Positions 37,901-52,900 of a stretch of 64,000 nucleotides of DNA are shown in pieces. Within the stretch, counting starts at the first letter, position 1; the number at the start of each line of letters is the position of its first letter. The notes under the pieces were generated by a model. It was not told the DNA's origin, ran no database searches, and saw only the letters and a list, made by a program, of their open reading frames with translations. A program made the translations under genes and the position numbers. This DNA comes from Eledone cirrhosa (lineage: Eukaryota), in contig OZ024753.1 of the NCBI GenBank assembly GCA_964016885.1, positions 20,274,001-20,338,000 of the forward strand, written 5' to 3'.

Positions 37901-40900
37901 TGTTGTGATACAGTGTGTTGTCTGGGGTGTTGGGTAGGATCTGTGTGTGTTGTGATACAGTATAGTGTATGGGGAGTTGGGAAGGATCTGTGTGTGTTGT
38001 GATACAGTATAGTGTCTGGGGTGTTGGGAAGGATCTGTGTGTGTTGTGATACAGTGTAGTGTCTGGGGTGTTGGGAAGGATCTGTGTGTGTTGTGATACA
38101 GTTTAGTGTCTGGGGAGTTGGGAAGGATCTGTGTGTGTTGTGATACAGTATAGTGTATGGGGTGTTGGGAAGGATATGTGCGTGTTGTGATACAATATAG
38201 TGTCTGGGGAGTTGGGAAGGATCTGTGTGTGTTGTGATACAGTGTAGTGTCTGGGGAGTTGGGAAGGATCTGTGTGTGTTGTGATACAGTGTAGTGTCTG
38301 GGGAGTTGGGAAGGATCTGTGTGTGTTGTGATACAGTGTAGTGTCTGGGGAGTTGGGAATGATCTGTGTGTGTTGTGATACAGTATAGTGTCTGGGGTGT
38401 TGGGAAGGATCTGTGTGTGTTGTGATACAGTGTAGTGTCTGGGGTGTTGGGAAGGATCTGTGTGTGTTGTGATACAGTATAGTGTCTGGGGAGTTGGGAA
38501 GGATCTGTGTGTGTTGTGATAAAGTATAGTGTCTGGGGTGTTGGGAAGGATCTGTGTGTGTTGTGATACAGTGTAGTGTCTGGGGAGTTGGGAAGGATCT
38601 GTGTGTGTTGTGATACAGTGTAGTGTCTGGGGAGTTGGGAAGGATCTGTGTGTGTTGTGATACAGTATAGTGTCTGGGGAGTTGGGAAGGATATGTGTGT
38701 GTTCTGATACAGTATATTATCTGTGGAGTTGGGAAGGATCTGTGTATGTTGTGATACAATGTAGTGTCTGGAGAGTTGGGAAGGATCTGTGTGTGTTGTG
38801 ATACAGTGTGGTGTCTGGGGTGTTGGGAAGGATATGTGTGTGTTGTGATACAGTATAGTGTCTGGGGAGTTGGGAAGGATCTGTGTGTGTTGGGATACAG
38901 TATAGTGTCTGGGGTGTTGGGAAGAATCTGTGTGTGTTGTGATACAGTGTAGTGTCTGGGGAGTCGGGAAGGATCTGTGTGTGTGTTGTGATACAGTGTA
39001 GTGTCTGGGGTGTTGGGAAGGATCTGTGTGTGTTGTGATACAGTGTAGTGTCTGGGGAGTTGGGAAGGATCTGTGTGTGTTGTGATTCAGTATAGTGTCT
39101 GGGTTGTTGGGAAGGATCTGTGTGTGTTGTGATACAGTATAGTGTCTGGGGAGTTGGGAAGGATCTGTGTGTGTTGTGATACAGTGTAGTGTCTGGGGAG
39201 TTGGGAAGGATCTGTGTGTGTTGTGATACAGTATAGTGTCTGGGGTGTTGGGAAGGATATGTGTGTGTTGTGATACAGTGTAGTGTCTGGGGTGTTGGGA
39301 AGGATCTGTGTGTGTTGTGATACAGTGTAGTGTCTGGGGTGTTGGGAAGGATATGTGTGTGTTGTGATACAGTATCGTGTCTGGGGAGTTGGGAAGGATC
39401 TGTGTGTGTTGTGATACAGTGTAGTGTCTGGGGAGTTGGGAAGGATCTGTGTGTGTTGTGATACAGTATAGTGTCTGGCGTGTTGGGAAGGATCTGTGTG
39501 TGTTGTGATACAGTGTAGTGTCTGGGGTGTTGGGAAGGATCTGTGTGTGTTGTGATACAGTATAGTGTCTGGGGAGTTGGGGAGGATCTGTGTGTGTTGT
39601 GATACAGTATAGTGTCTGGGGTGTTGGGAAGGATCTGTGTGTGTTGTGATACAGTGTAGTGTCTGGGGTGTTGGGAAGGATCTGTGTGTGTTGTGATACA
39701 GTGTAGTGTCTGGGGAGTTGGGAAGGATCTGTGTGTGTTGTGATACAGTGGAGTGTCTAGGGAGTTGGGAAGGATCTGTGTGTGTTGTGATACAGTGTAG
39801 TGTCTGGGGAGTTGGGAAGGATCTGTGTGTGTTGTGATACAGTATAGTGTCTGGGGAGTTGGGAAGGATCTGTGTGTGTTGTGATACAGTGTAGTGTCTG
39901 GGGAGTTGGGAGGGATCTGTGTGTGTTGTGATACAGTATAGTGTCTGGGGTGTTGGGAAGGATCTGTGTGTGTTGTGATACAGTGTAGTGTCTGGGGTGT
40001 TGGGAAGGATCTGTGTGTGTTGTGATACAGTGTATTGTCTGGGGTGTTGGGAAGGATCTGTGTGTGTTGTGATACAGTATAGTGTCTGGGGTGTTGGGAA
40101 GGATCTGTGTATGTTGTGATACAGTGTAGTGTCTGGGGAGTTGGGAAGGATCTGTGTGTGTTGTGATACAGTGTAGTGTCTGGGGAGTTGGGAAGGATCT
40201 GTCTGTGGTGTGATACAGTGTAGTGTCTGGAGAGTTGCGAAGGATCTGTGTGTGTTGTGATACAGTGTAGTGTCTGGGGAGTTGGGAATGATCTGTGTGT
40301 GTTGTGATACAGTATAGTGTCTGGGGAGTTGGGAAGGATATGTGTGTGTTGTGATACAGTATAGTGTCTGGGGAGTTGGGAAGGATCTGCGTGTGTTGTG
40401 ATACAGTATAGTGTCTGGGGTGTTGGGAAGGATCTGTGTGTGTTGTGATACAGTGTAGTGTCTGGGGAGTTGGGAAGGATCTGTGTGTGTTGTGATACAG
40501 TGTGTTGTCTGGGGTGTTGGGTAGGATCTGTGTGTGTTGTGATACAGTATAGTGTATGGGGAGTTGGGAAGGATCTGTGTGTGTTGTGATACAGTATAGT
40601 GTCTGGGGTGTTGGGAAGGATCTGTGTGTGTTGTGATACAGTGTAGTGTCTGGGGTGTTGGGAAGGATCTGTGTGTGTTGTGATACAGTTTAGTGTCTGG
40701 GGAGTTGGGAAGGATCTGTGTGTGTTGTGATACAGTATAGTGTATGGGGTGTTGGGAAGGATATGTGCGTGTTGTGATACAATATAGTGTCTGGGGAGTT
40801 GGGAAGGATCTGTGTGTTTTGTGATACAGTGTAGTGTCTGGGGAGTTGGGAAGGATCTGTGTGTGTTGTGATACAGTGTAGTGTCTGGGGAGTTGGGAAG

Positions 40901-43900
40901 GATCTGTGTGTGTTGTGATACAGTGTAGTGTCTGGGGAGTTGGGAATGATCTGTGTGTGTTGTGATACAGTATAGTGTCTGGGGTGTTGGGAAGGATCTG
41001 TGTGTGTTGTGATACAGTGTAGTGTCTGGGGTGTTGGGAAGGATCTGTGTGTGTTGTGATACAGTTTAGTGTCTGGGGAGTTGGGAAGGATCTGTGTGTG
41101 TTGTGATAAAGTATAGTGTCTGTGGTGTTGGGAAGGATCTGTGTGTGTTGTGATACAGTGTAGTGTCTGGGGAGTTGGGAAGGATCTGTGTGTGTTGTGA
41201 TACAGTGTAGTGTCTGGGGAGTTGGGAAGGATCTGTGTGTGTTGTGATACAGTATAGTGTCTGGGGAGTTGGGAAGGATATGTGTGTGTTGTGATACAGT
41301 ATATTATCTGTGGAGTTGGGAAGGATCTGTGTATGTTGTGATACAATGTAGTGTCTGGAGAGTTGGGAAGGATCTGTGTGTGTTGTGATACAGTGTGGTG
41401 TCTGGGGTGTTGGGAAGGATATGTGTGTGTTGTGATACAGTATAGTGTCTGGGGAGTTGGGAAGGATCTGTGTGTGTTGGGATACAGTATAGTGTCTGGG
41501 GTGTTGGGAAGAATCTGTGTGTGTTGTGATACAGTGTAGTGTCTGGGGAGTCGGGAAGGATCTGTGTGTGTGTTGTGATACAGTGTAGTGTCTGGGGTGT
41601 TGGGAAGGATCTGTGTGTGTTGTGATACAGTATAGTGTCTGGGGAGTTGGGAAGAATCTGTGTGTGTTGTGATACAGTGTAGTGTCTGGGGAGTTGGGAA
41701 GGATCTGTGTGTGTGTTGTGATACAGTGTAGTGTCTGGGGTGTTGGGAAGGATCTGTGTGTGTTGTGATACAGTATAGTGTCTGGGGAGTTGGGAAGGAT
41801 CTGTGTGTGTTGTGATACAGTGTAGTGTCTGGGGAGTTGGGAAGGATCCGTGTGTGTTGTGATACAGTATAGTGTCTGGGGAGTTGGGAAGGATCTGTGT
41901 GTGTTGGGATACAGTATAGTGTCTGGGGTGTTGGGAAGAATCTGTGTGTGTTGTGATACAGTGTAGTGTCTGGGGAGTTGGGAAGGAACTGTGTGTGTGT
42001 TGTGATACAGTGTAGTGTCTGGGGTGTTGGGAAGGATCTGTGTGTGTTGTGATACAGTATAGTGTCTGGGGAGTTGGGAAGGATCTGTGTGTGTTGTGAT
42101 ACAGTGTAGTGTCTGGGGAGTTGGGAAGGATCTGTGTGTGTTGTGATACAGTATAGTGTCTGGGGTGTTGGGAAGGATCTGTGTGTGTTGTGATACAGTG
42201 TAGTGTCTGGGGTGTTGGGAAGGATCTGTGTGTTGTGATACAGTGTAGTGTCTGGGGTGTTGGGAAGGATCTGTGTGTGTTGTGATACAGTATAGTGTCT
42301 GGGGAGTTGGGAAGGATCTGTGTGTGTTGTGATACAGTATAGTGTCTTGGGTGTTGGGAAGGATCTGTGTATGTTGTGATACAGTGTAGTGTCTGGGGAG
42401 TTGGGAAGGATCTGTGTGTGTTGTGATACAGTGTAGTGTCTGGGGAGTTGGGAAGGATCTGTGTGTGGTGTGATACAGTGTAGTGTCTGGAGAGTTGCGA
42501 AGGATCTGTGTGTGTTGTGATACAGTGTAGTGTCTGGGGAGTTGGGAAGGATCTGTGTGTGTTGTGATACAGTATAGTGTCTGGGGAGTTGGGAAGGATA
42601 TGTGTGTGTTGTGATACAGTATAGTGTCTGGGGAGTTGGGAAGGATCTGTGTGTGTTGTGATACAGTATAGTGTCTGGGGTGTGGGGAAGGATATGTGTG
42701 TGTTGTGATACAGTTTAGTGTCTGGGGAGTTGGGAAGGATCTGTGTGTGTTGTGATACAGTGTGTTGTCTGGGGTGTTGGGAAGGATCTGTGTGTGTTGT
42801 GATACAGTATAGTGTCTGGGGAGTTGGGAAGGATCTGTGTGTGTTGTGATACAGTATAGTGTCTGGGGTGTTGGGAAGGATCTGTGTGTGTTCTGATACA
42901 GTGTAGTGTCTGGGGTGTTGGGAAGGATTTGTGTGTGTTGTGATACAGTGTAGTGTCTGGGGTGTTGGGAAGGATCTGTGTGTGTTGTGATACAGTATAG
43001 TGTCTGGGGAGTTGGGAAGGATCTGTGTGTGTTGTGATACAGTATAGTGTCTGGGGTGTTGGGAAGGATATGTGTGTGTTGTGATACAGTGTAGTGTCTG
43101 GGGAGTTGGGAAGGATCTGTGTGTGTTGTGATACAGTGTAGTGTCTGGGGAGTTGGGAAGGATCTGTGTGTGTTGTGATACAGTGTATTGTCTGGGGAGT
43201 TGGGAAGGATCTGTGTGTGTTGTGATACAGTATAGTGTCTGGGGAGTTGGGAAGGATATGTGTGTGTTGTGATACAGTATAGTATCTGGGGTGTTGGGAG
43301 GGATCTGTGTGTGTTGTGATACCATGTAGTGTCTGGAGAGTTGGGAAGGATCTGTGTGTGTTGTGATACAGTGTAGTGTCTGGGGAGTTGGGAAGGATCT
43401 GTGTGTGTTGTGATACAGTATAGTGTCTGGGGAGTTGGGAAGGATATGTGTGTGTTGTGATACAGTATAATGTCTGGGGAGTTGGGAAGGATCTGTGTGT
43501 GTTGTGATACAGTATAGTGTCTTGGGTGTTGGGAAGGATCTGTGTGTGTTGTGATACAGTGTAGTGTCTGGGGAGTTGGGAAGGATCTGTGTGTGTTGTG
43601 ATACAGTGTAGTGTCTGGGGAGTTGGGAAGGATCTGTGTGTGTTGTAATACAGTGTAGTGTCTGGGGAGTTGGGAAGGATCTGTGTGTGTTGTGATACAG
43701 TATAGTATCTGGGGAGTTGGGAAGGATCTGTGTGTGTTGTGATTCAGTATAGTGTCTGGGTTGTTGGGAAGGATCTGTGTGTGTTGTGATACAGTATAGT
43801 GTCTGGGGAGTTGGGAAGGATCTGTGTGTGTTGTGATACAGTGTAGTGTCTGGGGAGTTGGGAAGGATCTGTGTGTGTTGTGATACAGTATAGTGTCTGG

Positions 43901-46900
43901 GGTGTTGGGAAGGATATGTGTGTGTTGTGATACAGTGTAGTGTCTGGGGTGTTGGGAAGGATCTGTGTGTGTTGTGATACAGTGTAGTGTCTGGGGTGTT
44001 GGGAAGGATCTGTGTGTGTTGTGATACAGTATCGTGTCTGGGGAGTTGGGAAGGATCTGTGTGTGTTGTGATACAGTGTAGTGTCTGGGGAGTTGGGAAG
44101 GATCTGTCTGTGTTGTGATACAGTATAGTGTCTGGGGTGTTGGGAAGGATCTGTGTGTGTTGTGATACAGTGTAGTGTCTGGGGTGTTGGGAAGGATCTG
44201 TGTGTGTTGTGATACAGTATAGTGTCTGGGGAGTTGGGGAGGATCTGTGTGTGTTGTGATACAGTATAGTGTCTGGGGTGTTGGGAAGGATCTGTGTGTG
44301 TTGTGATACAGTGTAGTGTCTGGGGAGTTGGGAAGGATCTGTGTGTGTTGTGATACAGTGGAGTGTCTAGGGAGTTGGGAAGGATCTGTGTGTGTTGTGA
44401 TACAGTGTAGTGTCTGGGGAGTTGGGAAGGATCTGTGTGTGTTGTGATACAGTATAGTGTCTGGGGTGTTGGGAAGGATCTGTGTGTGTTGTGATACAGT
44501 GTAGTGTCTGGGGTGTTGGGAAGAGTCAGTGAGTTGTGATACAGTATAGTGTCTGGGGAGTTGGAAAGGGTCTGTGTGTGTTGTGATACAGTGTAATGTC
44601 TGGGGAGTTGGGAAGAGTCAGTGAGTTGTGATACAGTATAGTTTCTGGGGAGTTGGGAAGGGTCTGTGTGTTGTGATACAGTGTATTGTCTGGGGAGTTG
44701 GGAAGAGTCAGTGAGTTGTGATACATTATAGTGTCTGGGTTGTTGGGAAGGATCTGTGTGTGTTGTGATACAGTATAGTGTCTGGGGAGTTGGGAAGGAT
44801 CTGTGTGTGTTGTGATACAGTGTAGTGTCTGGGGAGTTGGGAAGGATCTGTGTGTGTTGTGATACAGTATAGTGTCTGGGGTGTTGGGAAGGATATGTGT
44901 GTGTTGTGATACAGTGTAGTGTCTGGGGTGTTGGGAAGGATCTGTGTGTGTTGTGATACAGTGTAGTGTCTGGGGTGTTGGGAAGGATATGTGTGTGTTG
45001 TGATACAGTATCGTGTCTGGGGAGTTGGGAAGGATCTGTGTGTGTTGTGATACAGTGTAGTGTCTGGGGAGTTGGGAAGGATCTGTGTGTGTTGTGATAC
45101 AGTATAGTGTCTGGGGTGTTGGGAAGGATCTGTGTGTGTTGTGATACAGTGTAGTGTCTGGGGTGTTGGGAAGGATCTGTGTGTGTTGTGATACAGTATA
45201 GTGTCTGGGGAGTTGGGGAGGATCTGTGTGTGTTGTGATACAGTATAGTGTCTGGGGTGTTGGGAAGGATCTGTGTGTGTTGTGATTCAGTGTAGTGTCT
45301 GGGGTGTTGGGAAGGATCTGTGTGTGTTGTGATACAGTGTAGTGTCTGGGGAGTTGGGAAGGATCTGTGTGTGTTGTGATACAGTGGAGTGTCTAGGGAG
45401 TTGGGAAGGATCTGTGTGTGTTGTGATACAGTGTAGTGTCTGGGGAGTTGGGAAGGATCTGTGTGTGTTGTGATACAGTATAGTGTCTGGGGTGTTGGGA
45501 AGGATCTGTGTGTGTTGTGATACAGTGTAGTGTCTGGGGTGTTGGGAAGGATCTGTGTGTGTTGTGATACAGTATAGTGTCTGGGGAGTTGGGAAGGATC
45601 TGTGTGTGTTGTGATACAGTATAGTGTCTGGGGTGTTGGGAAGGATCTGTGTGTGTTGTGATACAGTGTAGTGTCTGGGGAGTTGGGAGGGATCTGTGTG
45701 TGTTGTGATACAGTATAGTGTCTGGGGTGTTGGGAAGGATCTGTGTGTGTTGTGATACAGTGTAGTGTCTGGGGTGTTGGGAAGGATCTGTGTGTGTTGT
45801 GATACAGTGTATTGTCTGGGGTGTTGGGAAGGATCTGTGTGTGTTGTGATACAGTATAGTGTCTGGGTAGTTGGGAAGGATCTGTGTGTGTTGTGATACA
45901 GTATAGTGTCTTGGGTGTTGGGAAGGATCTGTGTATGTTGTGATACAGTGTAGTGTCTGGGGAGTTGGGAAGGATCTGTGTGTGTTGTGATACAGTGTAG
46001 TGTCTGGGGAGTTGGGAAGGATCTGTGTGTGGTGTGATACAGTGTAGTGTCTGGAGAGTTGCGAAGGATCTGTGTGTGTTGTGATACAGTGTAGTGTCTG
46101 GGGAGTTGGGAAGGATCTGTGTGTGTTGTGATACAGTATAGTGTCTGGGGAGTTGGGAAGGATATGTGTGTGTTGTGATACAGTATAGTGTCTGGGGAGT
46201 TGGGAAGGATCTGCGTGTGTTGTGATACAGTATAGTGTCTGGGGTGTTGGGAAGGATCTGTGTGTGTTGTGATACAGTGTAGTGTCTGGGGAGTTGGGAA
46301 GGATCTGTGTGTGTTGTGATACAGTGTGTTGTCTGGGGTGTTGGGTAGGATCTGTGTGTGTTGTGATAGAGTATAGTGTATGGGGAGTTGGGAAGGATCT
46401 GTGTGTGTTGTGATACAGTATAGTGTCTGGGGTGTTGGGAAGGATCTGTGTGTGTTGTGATACAGTGTAGTGTCTGGGGTGTTGGGAAGGATCTGTGTGT
46501 GTTGTGATACAGTTTAGTGTCTGGGGAGTTGGGAAGGATCTGTGTGTGTTGTGATACAGTATAGTGTATGGGGTGTTGGGAAGGATATGTGCGTGTTGTG
46601 ATACAATATAGTGTCTGGGGAGTTGGGAAGGATCTGTGTGTGTTGTGATACAGTGTAGTGTCTGGGGAGTTGGGAAGGATCTGTGTGTGTTGTGATACAG
46701 TGTAGTGTCTGGGGAGTTGGGAAGGATCTGTGTGTGTTGTGATACAGTGTAGTGTCTGGGGAGTTGGGAATGATCTGTGTGTGTTGTGATACAGTATAGT
46801 GTCTGGGGTGTTGGGAAGGATCTGTGTGTGTTGTGATACAGTGTAGTGTCTGGGGTGTTGGGAAGGATCTGTGTGTGTTGTGATACAGTATAGTGTCTGG

Positions 46901-49900
46901 GGAGTTGGGAAGGATCTGTGTGTGTTGTGATAAAGTATAGTGTCTGGGGTGTTGGGAAGGATCTGTGTGTGTTGTGATACAGTGTAGTGTCTGGGGAGTT
47001 GGGAAGGATCTGTGTGTGTTGTGATACAGTGTAGTGTCTGGGGAGTTGGGAAGGATCTGTGTGTGTTGTGATACAGTATAGTGTCTGGGGAGTTGGGAAG
47101 GATATGTGTGTGTTGTGATACAGTATAGTATCTGTGGAGTTGGGAAGGATCTGTGTATGTTGTGATACAATGTAGTGTCTGGAGAGTTGGGAAGGATCTG
47201 TGTGTGTTGTGATACAGTGTGGTGTCTGGGGTGTTGGGAAGGATATGTGTGTGTTGTGATACAGTATAGTGTCTGGGGAGTTGGGAAGGATCTGTGTGTG
47301 TTGGGATACAGTATAGTGTCTGGGGTGTTGGGAAGAATCTGTGTGTGTTGTGATACAGTGTAGTGTCTGGGGAGTTGGGAAGAATCTGTGTGTGTTGTGA
47401 TACAGTGTAGTGTCTGGGGAGTTGGGAAGGATCTGTGTGTGTGTTGTGATACAGTGTAGTGTCTGGGGTGTTGGGAAGGATCTGTGTGTGTTGTGATACA
47501 GTATAGTGTCTGGGGAGTTGGGAAGGATCTGTGTGTGTTGTGATACAGTGTAGTGTCTGGGGAGTTGGGAAGGATCTGTGTGTGTTGTGATACAGTATAG
47601 TGTCTGGGGAGTTGGGAAGGAACTGTGTGTGTTGGGATACAGTATAGTGTCTGGGGTGTTGGGAAGAATCTGTGTGTGTTGTGATACAGTGTAGTGTCTG
47701 GGGAGTTGGGAAGGATCTGTGTGTGTGTTGTGATACAGTGTAGTGTCTGGGGTGTTGGGAAGGATCTGTGTGTGTTGTGATACAGTATAGTGTCTGGGGA
47801 GTTGGGAAGGATCTGTGTGTGTTGTGATACAGTGTAGTGTCTGGGGAGTTGGGAAGGATCTGTGTGTGTTGTGATACAGTATAGTGTCTGGGGTGTTGGG
47901 AAGGATCTGTGTGTGTTGTGATACAGTGTAGTGTCTGGGGTGTTGGGAAGGATCTGTGTGTGTTGTGATACAGTGTAGTGTCTGGGGTGTTGGGAAGGAT
48001 CTGTGTGTGTTGTGATACAGTATAGTGTCTGGGGAGTTGGGAAGGATCTGTGTGTGTTGTGATACAGTATAGTGTCTTGGGTGTTGGGAAGGATCTGTGT
48101 ATGTTGTGATACAGTGTAGTGTCTGGGGAGTTGGGAAGGATCTGTGTGTGTTGTGATACAGTGTAGTGTCTGGGGAGTTGGGAAGGATCTGTGTGTGGTG
48201 TGATACAGTGTAGTGTCTGGAGAGTTGCGAAGGATCTGTGTGTGTTGTGATACAGTGTAGTGTCTGGGGAGTTGGGAAGGATCTGTGTGTGTTGTGATAC
48301 AGTATAGTGTCTGGGGAGTTGGGAAGGATATGTGTGTGTTTTGATACAGTATAATGTCTGGGGAGTTGGGAAGGATCTGTGTGTGTTGTGATACAGTATA
48401 GTGTCTGGGGTGTGGGGAAGGATATGTGTGTGTTGTGATACAGTTTAGTGTCTGGGGAGTTGGGAAGGATCTGTGTGTGTTGTGATACAGTGTGTTGTCT
48501 GGGGTGTTGGGAAGGATCTGTGTGTGTTGTGATACAGTATAGTGTCTGGGGAGTTGGGAAGGATCTGTGTGTGTTGTGATACAGTATAGTGTCTGGGGTG
48601 TTGGGAAGGATCTGTGTGTGTTCTGATACAGTGTAGTGTCTGGGGAGTTGGGAAGGATCCGTGTGTGTTGTGATACAGTATAGTGTCTGGGGAGTTGGGA
48701 AGGATCTGTGTGTGTTGGGATACAGTATAGTGTCTGGGGTGTTGGGAAGAATCTGTGTGTGTTGTGATACAGTGTAGTGTCTGGGGAGTTGGGAAGGAAC
48801 TGTGTGTGTGTTGTGATACAGTGTAGTGTCTGGGGTGTTGGGAAGGATCTGTGTGTGTTGTGATACAGTATAGTGTCTGGGGAGTTGGGAAGGATCTGTG
48901 TGTGTTGTGATACAGTGTAGTGTCTGGGGAGTTGGGAAGGATCTGTGTGTGTTGTGATACAGTATAGTGTCTGGGGTGTTGGGAAGGATCTGTGTGTGTT
49001 GTGATACAGTGTAGTGTCTGGGGTGTTGGGAAGGATCTGTGTGTTGTGATACAGTGTAGTGTCTGGGGTGTTGGGAAGGATCTGTGTGTGTTGTGATACA
49101 GTATAGTGTCTGGGGAGTTGGGAAGGATCTGTGTGTGTTGTGATACAGTATAGTGTCTTGGGTGTTGGGAAGGATCTGTGTATGTTGTGATACAGTGTAG
49201 TGTCTGGGGAGTTGGGAAGGATCTGTGTGTGTTGTGATACAGTGTAGTGTCTGGGGAGTTGGGAAGGATCTGTGTGTGGTGTGATACAGTGTAGTGTCTG
49301 GAGAGTTGCGAAGGATCTGTGTGTGTTGTGATACAGTGTAGTGTCTGGGGAGTTGGGAAGGATCTGTGTGTGTTGTGATACAGTATAGTGTCTGGGGAGT
49401 TGGGAAGGATATGTGTGTGTTGTGATACAGTATAGTGTCTGGGGAGTTGGGAAGGATCTGTGTGTGTTGTGATACAGTATAGTGTCTGGGGTGTGGGGAA
49501 GGATATGTGTGTGTTGTGATACAGTTTAGTGTCTGGGGAGTTGGGAAGGATCTGTGTGTGTTGTGATACAGTGTGTTGTCTGGGGTGTTGGGAAGGATCT
49601 GTGTGTGTTGTGATACAGTATAGTGTCTGGGGAGTTGGGAAGGATCTGTGTGTGTTGTGATACAGTATAGTGTCTGGGGTGTTGGGAAGGATCTGTGTGT
49701 GTTCTGATACAGTGTAGTGTCTGGGGTGTTGGGAAGGATTTGTGTGTGTTGTGATACAGTGTAGTGTCTGGGGTGTTGGGAAGGATCTGTGTGTGTTGTG
49801 ATACAGTATAGTGTCTGGGGAGTTGGGAAGGATCTGTGTGTGTTGTGATACAGTATAGTGTCTGGGGTGTTGGGAAGGATATGTGTGTGTTGTGATACAG

Positions 49901-52900
49901 TGTAGTGTCTGGGGAGTTGGGAAGGATCTGTGTGTGTTGTGATACAGTGTAGTGTCTGGGGAGTTGGGAAGGATCTGTGTGTGTTGTGATACAGTGTATT
50001 GTCTGGGGAGTTGGGAAGGATCTGTGTGTGTTGTGATACAGTATAGTGTCTGGGGAGTTGGGAAGGATATGTGTGTGTTGTGATACAGTATAGTATCTGG
50101 GGTGTTGGGAGGGATCTGTGTGTGTTGTGATACCATGTAGTGTCTGGAGAGTTGGGAAGGATCTGTGTGTGTTGTGATACAGTGTAGTGTCTGGGGAGTT
50201 GGGAAGGATCTGTGTGTGTTGTGATACAGTATAGTGTCTGGGGAGTTGGGAAGGATATGTGTGTGTTGTGATACAGTATAATGTCTGGGGAGTTGGGAAG
50301 GATCTGTGTGTGTTGTGATACAGTATAGTGTCTTGGGTGTTGGGAAGGATCTGTGTGTGTTGTGATACAGTGTAGTGTCTGGGGAGTTGGGAAGGATCTG
50401 TGTGTGTTGTGATACAGTGTAGTGTCTGGGGAGTTGGGAAGGATCTGTGTGTGTTGTAATACAGTGTAGTGTCTGGGGAGTTGGGAAGGATCTGTGTGTG
50501 TTGTGATACAGTATAGTATCTGGGGAGTTGGGAAGGATCTGTGTGTGTTGTGATTCAGTATAGTGTCTGGGTTGTTGGGAAGGATCTGTGTGTGTTGTGA
50601 TACAGTATAGTGTCTGGGGAGTTGGGAAGGATCTGTGTGTGTTGTGATACAGTGTAGTGTCTGGGGAGTTGGGAAGGATCTGTGTGTGTTGTGATACAGT
50701 ATAGTGTCTGGGGTGTTGGGAAGGATATGTGTGTGTTGTGATACAGTGTAGTGTCTGGGGTGTTGGGAAGGATCTGTGTGTGTTGTGATACAGTGTAGTG
50801 TCTGGGGTGTTGGGAAGGATCTGTGTGTGTTGTGATACAGTATCGTGTCTGGGGAGTTGGGAAGGATCTGTGTGTGTTGTGATACAGTGTAGTGTCTGGG
50901 GAGTTGGGAAGGATCTGTCTGTGTTGTGATACAGTATAGTGTCTGGGGTGTTGGGAAGGATCTGTGTGTGTTGTGATACAGTGTAGTGTCTGGGGTGTTG
51001 GGAAGGATCTGTGTGTGTTGTGATACAGTATAGTGTCTGGGGAGTTGGGGAGGATCTGTGTGTGTTGTGATACAGTATAGTGTCTGGGGTGTTGGGAAGG
51101 ATCTGTGTGTGTTGTGATACAGTGTAGTGTCTGGGGAGTTGGGAAGGATCTGTGTGTGTTGTGATACAGTGGAGTGTCTAGGGAGTTGGGAAGGATCTGT
51201 GTGTGTTGTGATACAGTGTAGTGTCTGGGGAGTTGGGAAGGATCTGTGTGTGTTGTGATACAGTATAGTGTCTGGGGTGTTGGGAAGGATCTGTGTGTGT
51301 TGTGATACAGTGTAGTGTCTGGGGTGTTGGGAAGAGTCAGTGAGTTGTGATACAGTATAGTGTCTGGGGAGTTGGAAAGGGTCTGTGTGTGTTGTGATAC
51401 AGTGTAATGTCTGGGGAGTTGGGAAGAGTCAGTGAGTTGTGATACAGTATAGTTTCTGGGGAGTTGGGAAGGGTCTGTGTGTTGTGATACAGTGTATTGT
51501 CTGGGGAGTTGGGAAGAGTCAGTGAGTTGTGATACATTATAGTGTCTGGGTTGTTGGGAAGGATCTGTGTGTGTTGTGATACAGTATAGTGTCTGGGGAG
51601 TTGGGAAGGATCTGTGTGTGTTGTGATACAGTGTAGTGTCTGGGGAGTTGGGAAGGATCTGTGTGTGTTGTGATACAGTATAGTGTCTGGGGTGTTGGGA
51701 AGGATATGTGTGTGTTGTGATACAGTGTAGTGTCTGGGGTGTTGGGAAGGATCTGTGTGTGTTGTGATACAGTGTAGTGTCTGGGGTGTTGGGAAGGATA
51801 TGTGTGTGTTGTGATACAGTATCGTGTCTGGGGAGTTGGGAAGGATCTGTGTGTGTTGTGATACAGTGTAGTGTCTGGGGAGTTGGGAAGGATCTGTGTG
51901 TGTTGTGATACAGTATAGTGTCTGGGGTGTTGGGAAGGATCTGTGTGTGTTGTGATACAGTGTAGTGTCTGGGGTGTTGGGAAGGATCTGTGTGTGTTGT
52001 GATACAGTATAGTGTCTGGGGAGTTGGGGAGGATCTGTGTGTGTTGTGATACAGTATAGTGTCTGGGGTGTTGGGAAGGATCTGTGTGTGTTGTGATTCA
52101 GTGTAGTGTCTGGGGAGTTGGGAAGGATCTGTGTGTGTTGTGATACAGTGGAGTGTCTAGGGAGTTGGGAAGGATCTGTGTGTGTTGTGATACAGTGTAG
52201 TGTCTGGGGAGTTGGGAAGGATCTGTGTGTGTTGTGATACAGTATAGTGTCTGGGGTGTTGGGAAGGATCTGTGTGTGTTGTGATACAGTGTAGTGTCTG
52301 GGGTGTTGGGAAGGATCTGTGTGTGTTGTGATACAGTATAGTGTCTGGGGAGTTGGGAAGGATCTGTGTGTGTTGTGATACAGTATAGTGTCTGGGGTGT
52401 TGGGAAGGATCTGTGTGTGTTGTGATACAGTGTAGTGTCTGGGGAGTTGGGAGGGATCTGTGTGTGTTGTGATACAGTATAGTGTCTGGGGTGTTGGGAA
52501 GGATCTGTGTGTGTTGTGATACAGTGTAGTGTCTGGGGTGTTGGGAAGGATCTGTGTGTGTTGTGATACAGTGTATTGTCTGGGGTGTTGGGAAGGATCT
52601 GTGTGTGTTGTGATACAGTATAGTGTCTGGGTAGTTGGGAAGGATCTGTGTGTGTTGTGATACAGTATAGTGTCTTGGGTGTTGGGAAGGATCTGTGTAT
52701 GTTGTGATACAGTGTAGTGTCTGGGGAGTTGGGAAGGATCTGTGTGTGTTGTGATACAGTGTAGTGTCTGGGGAGTTGGGAAGGATCTGTGTGTGGTGTG
52801 ATACAGTGTAGTGTCTGGAGAGTTGCGAAGGATCTGTGTGTGTTGTGATACAGTGTAGTGTCTGGGGAGTTGGGAAGGATCTGTGTGTGTTGTGATACAG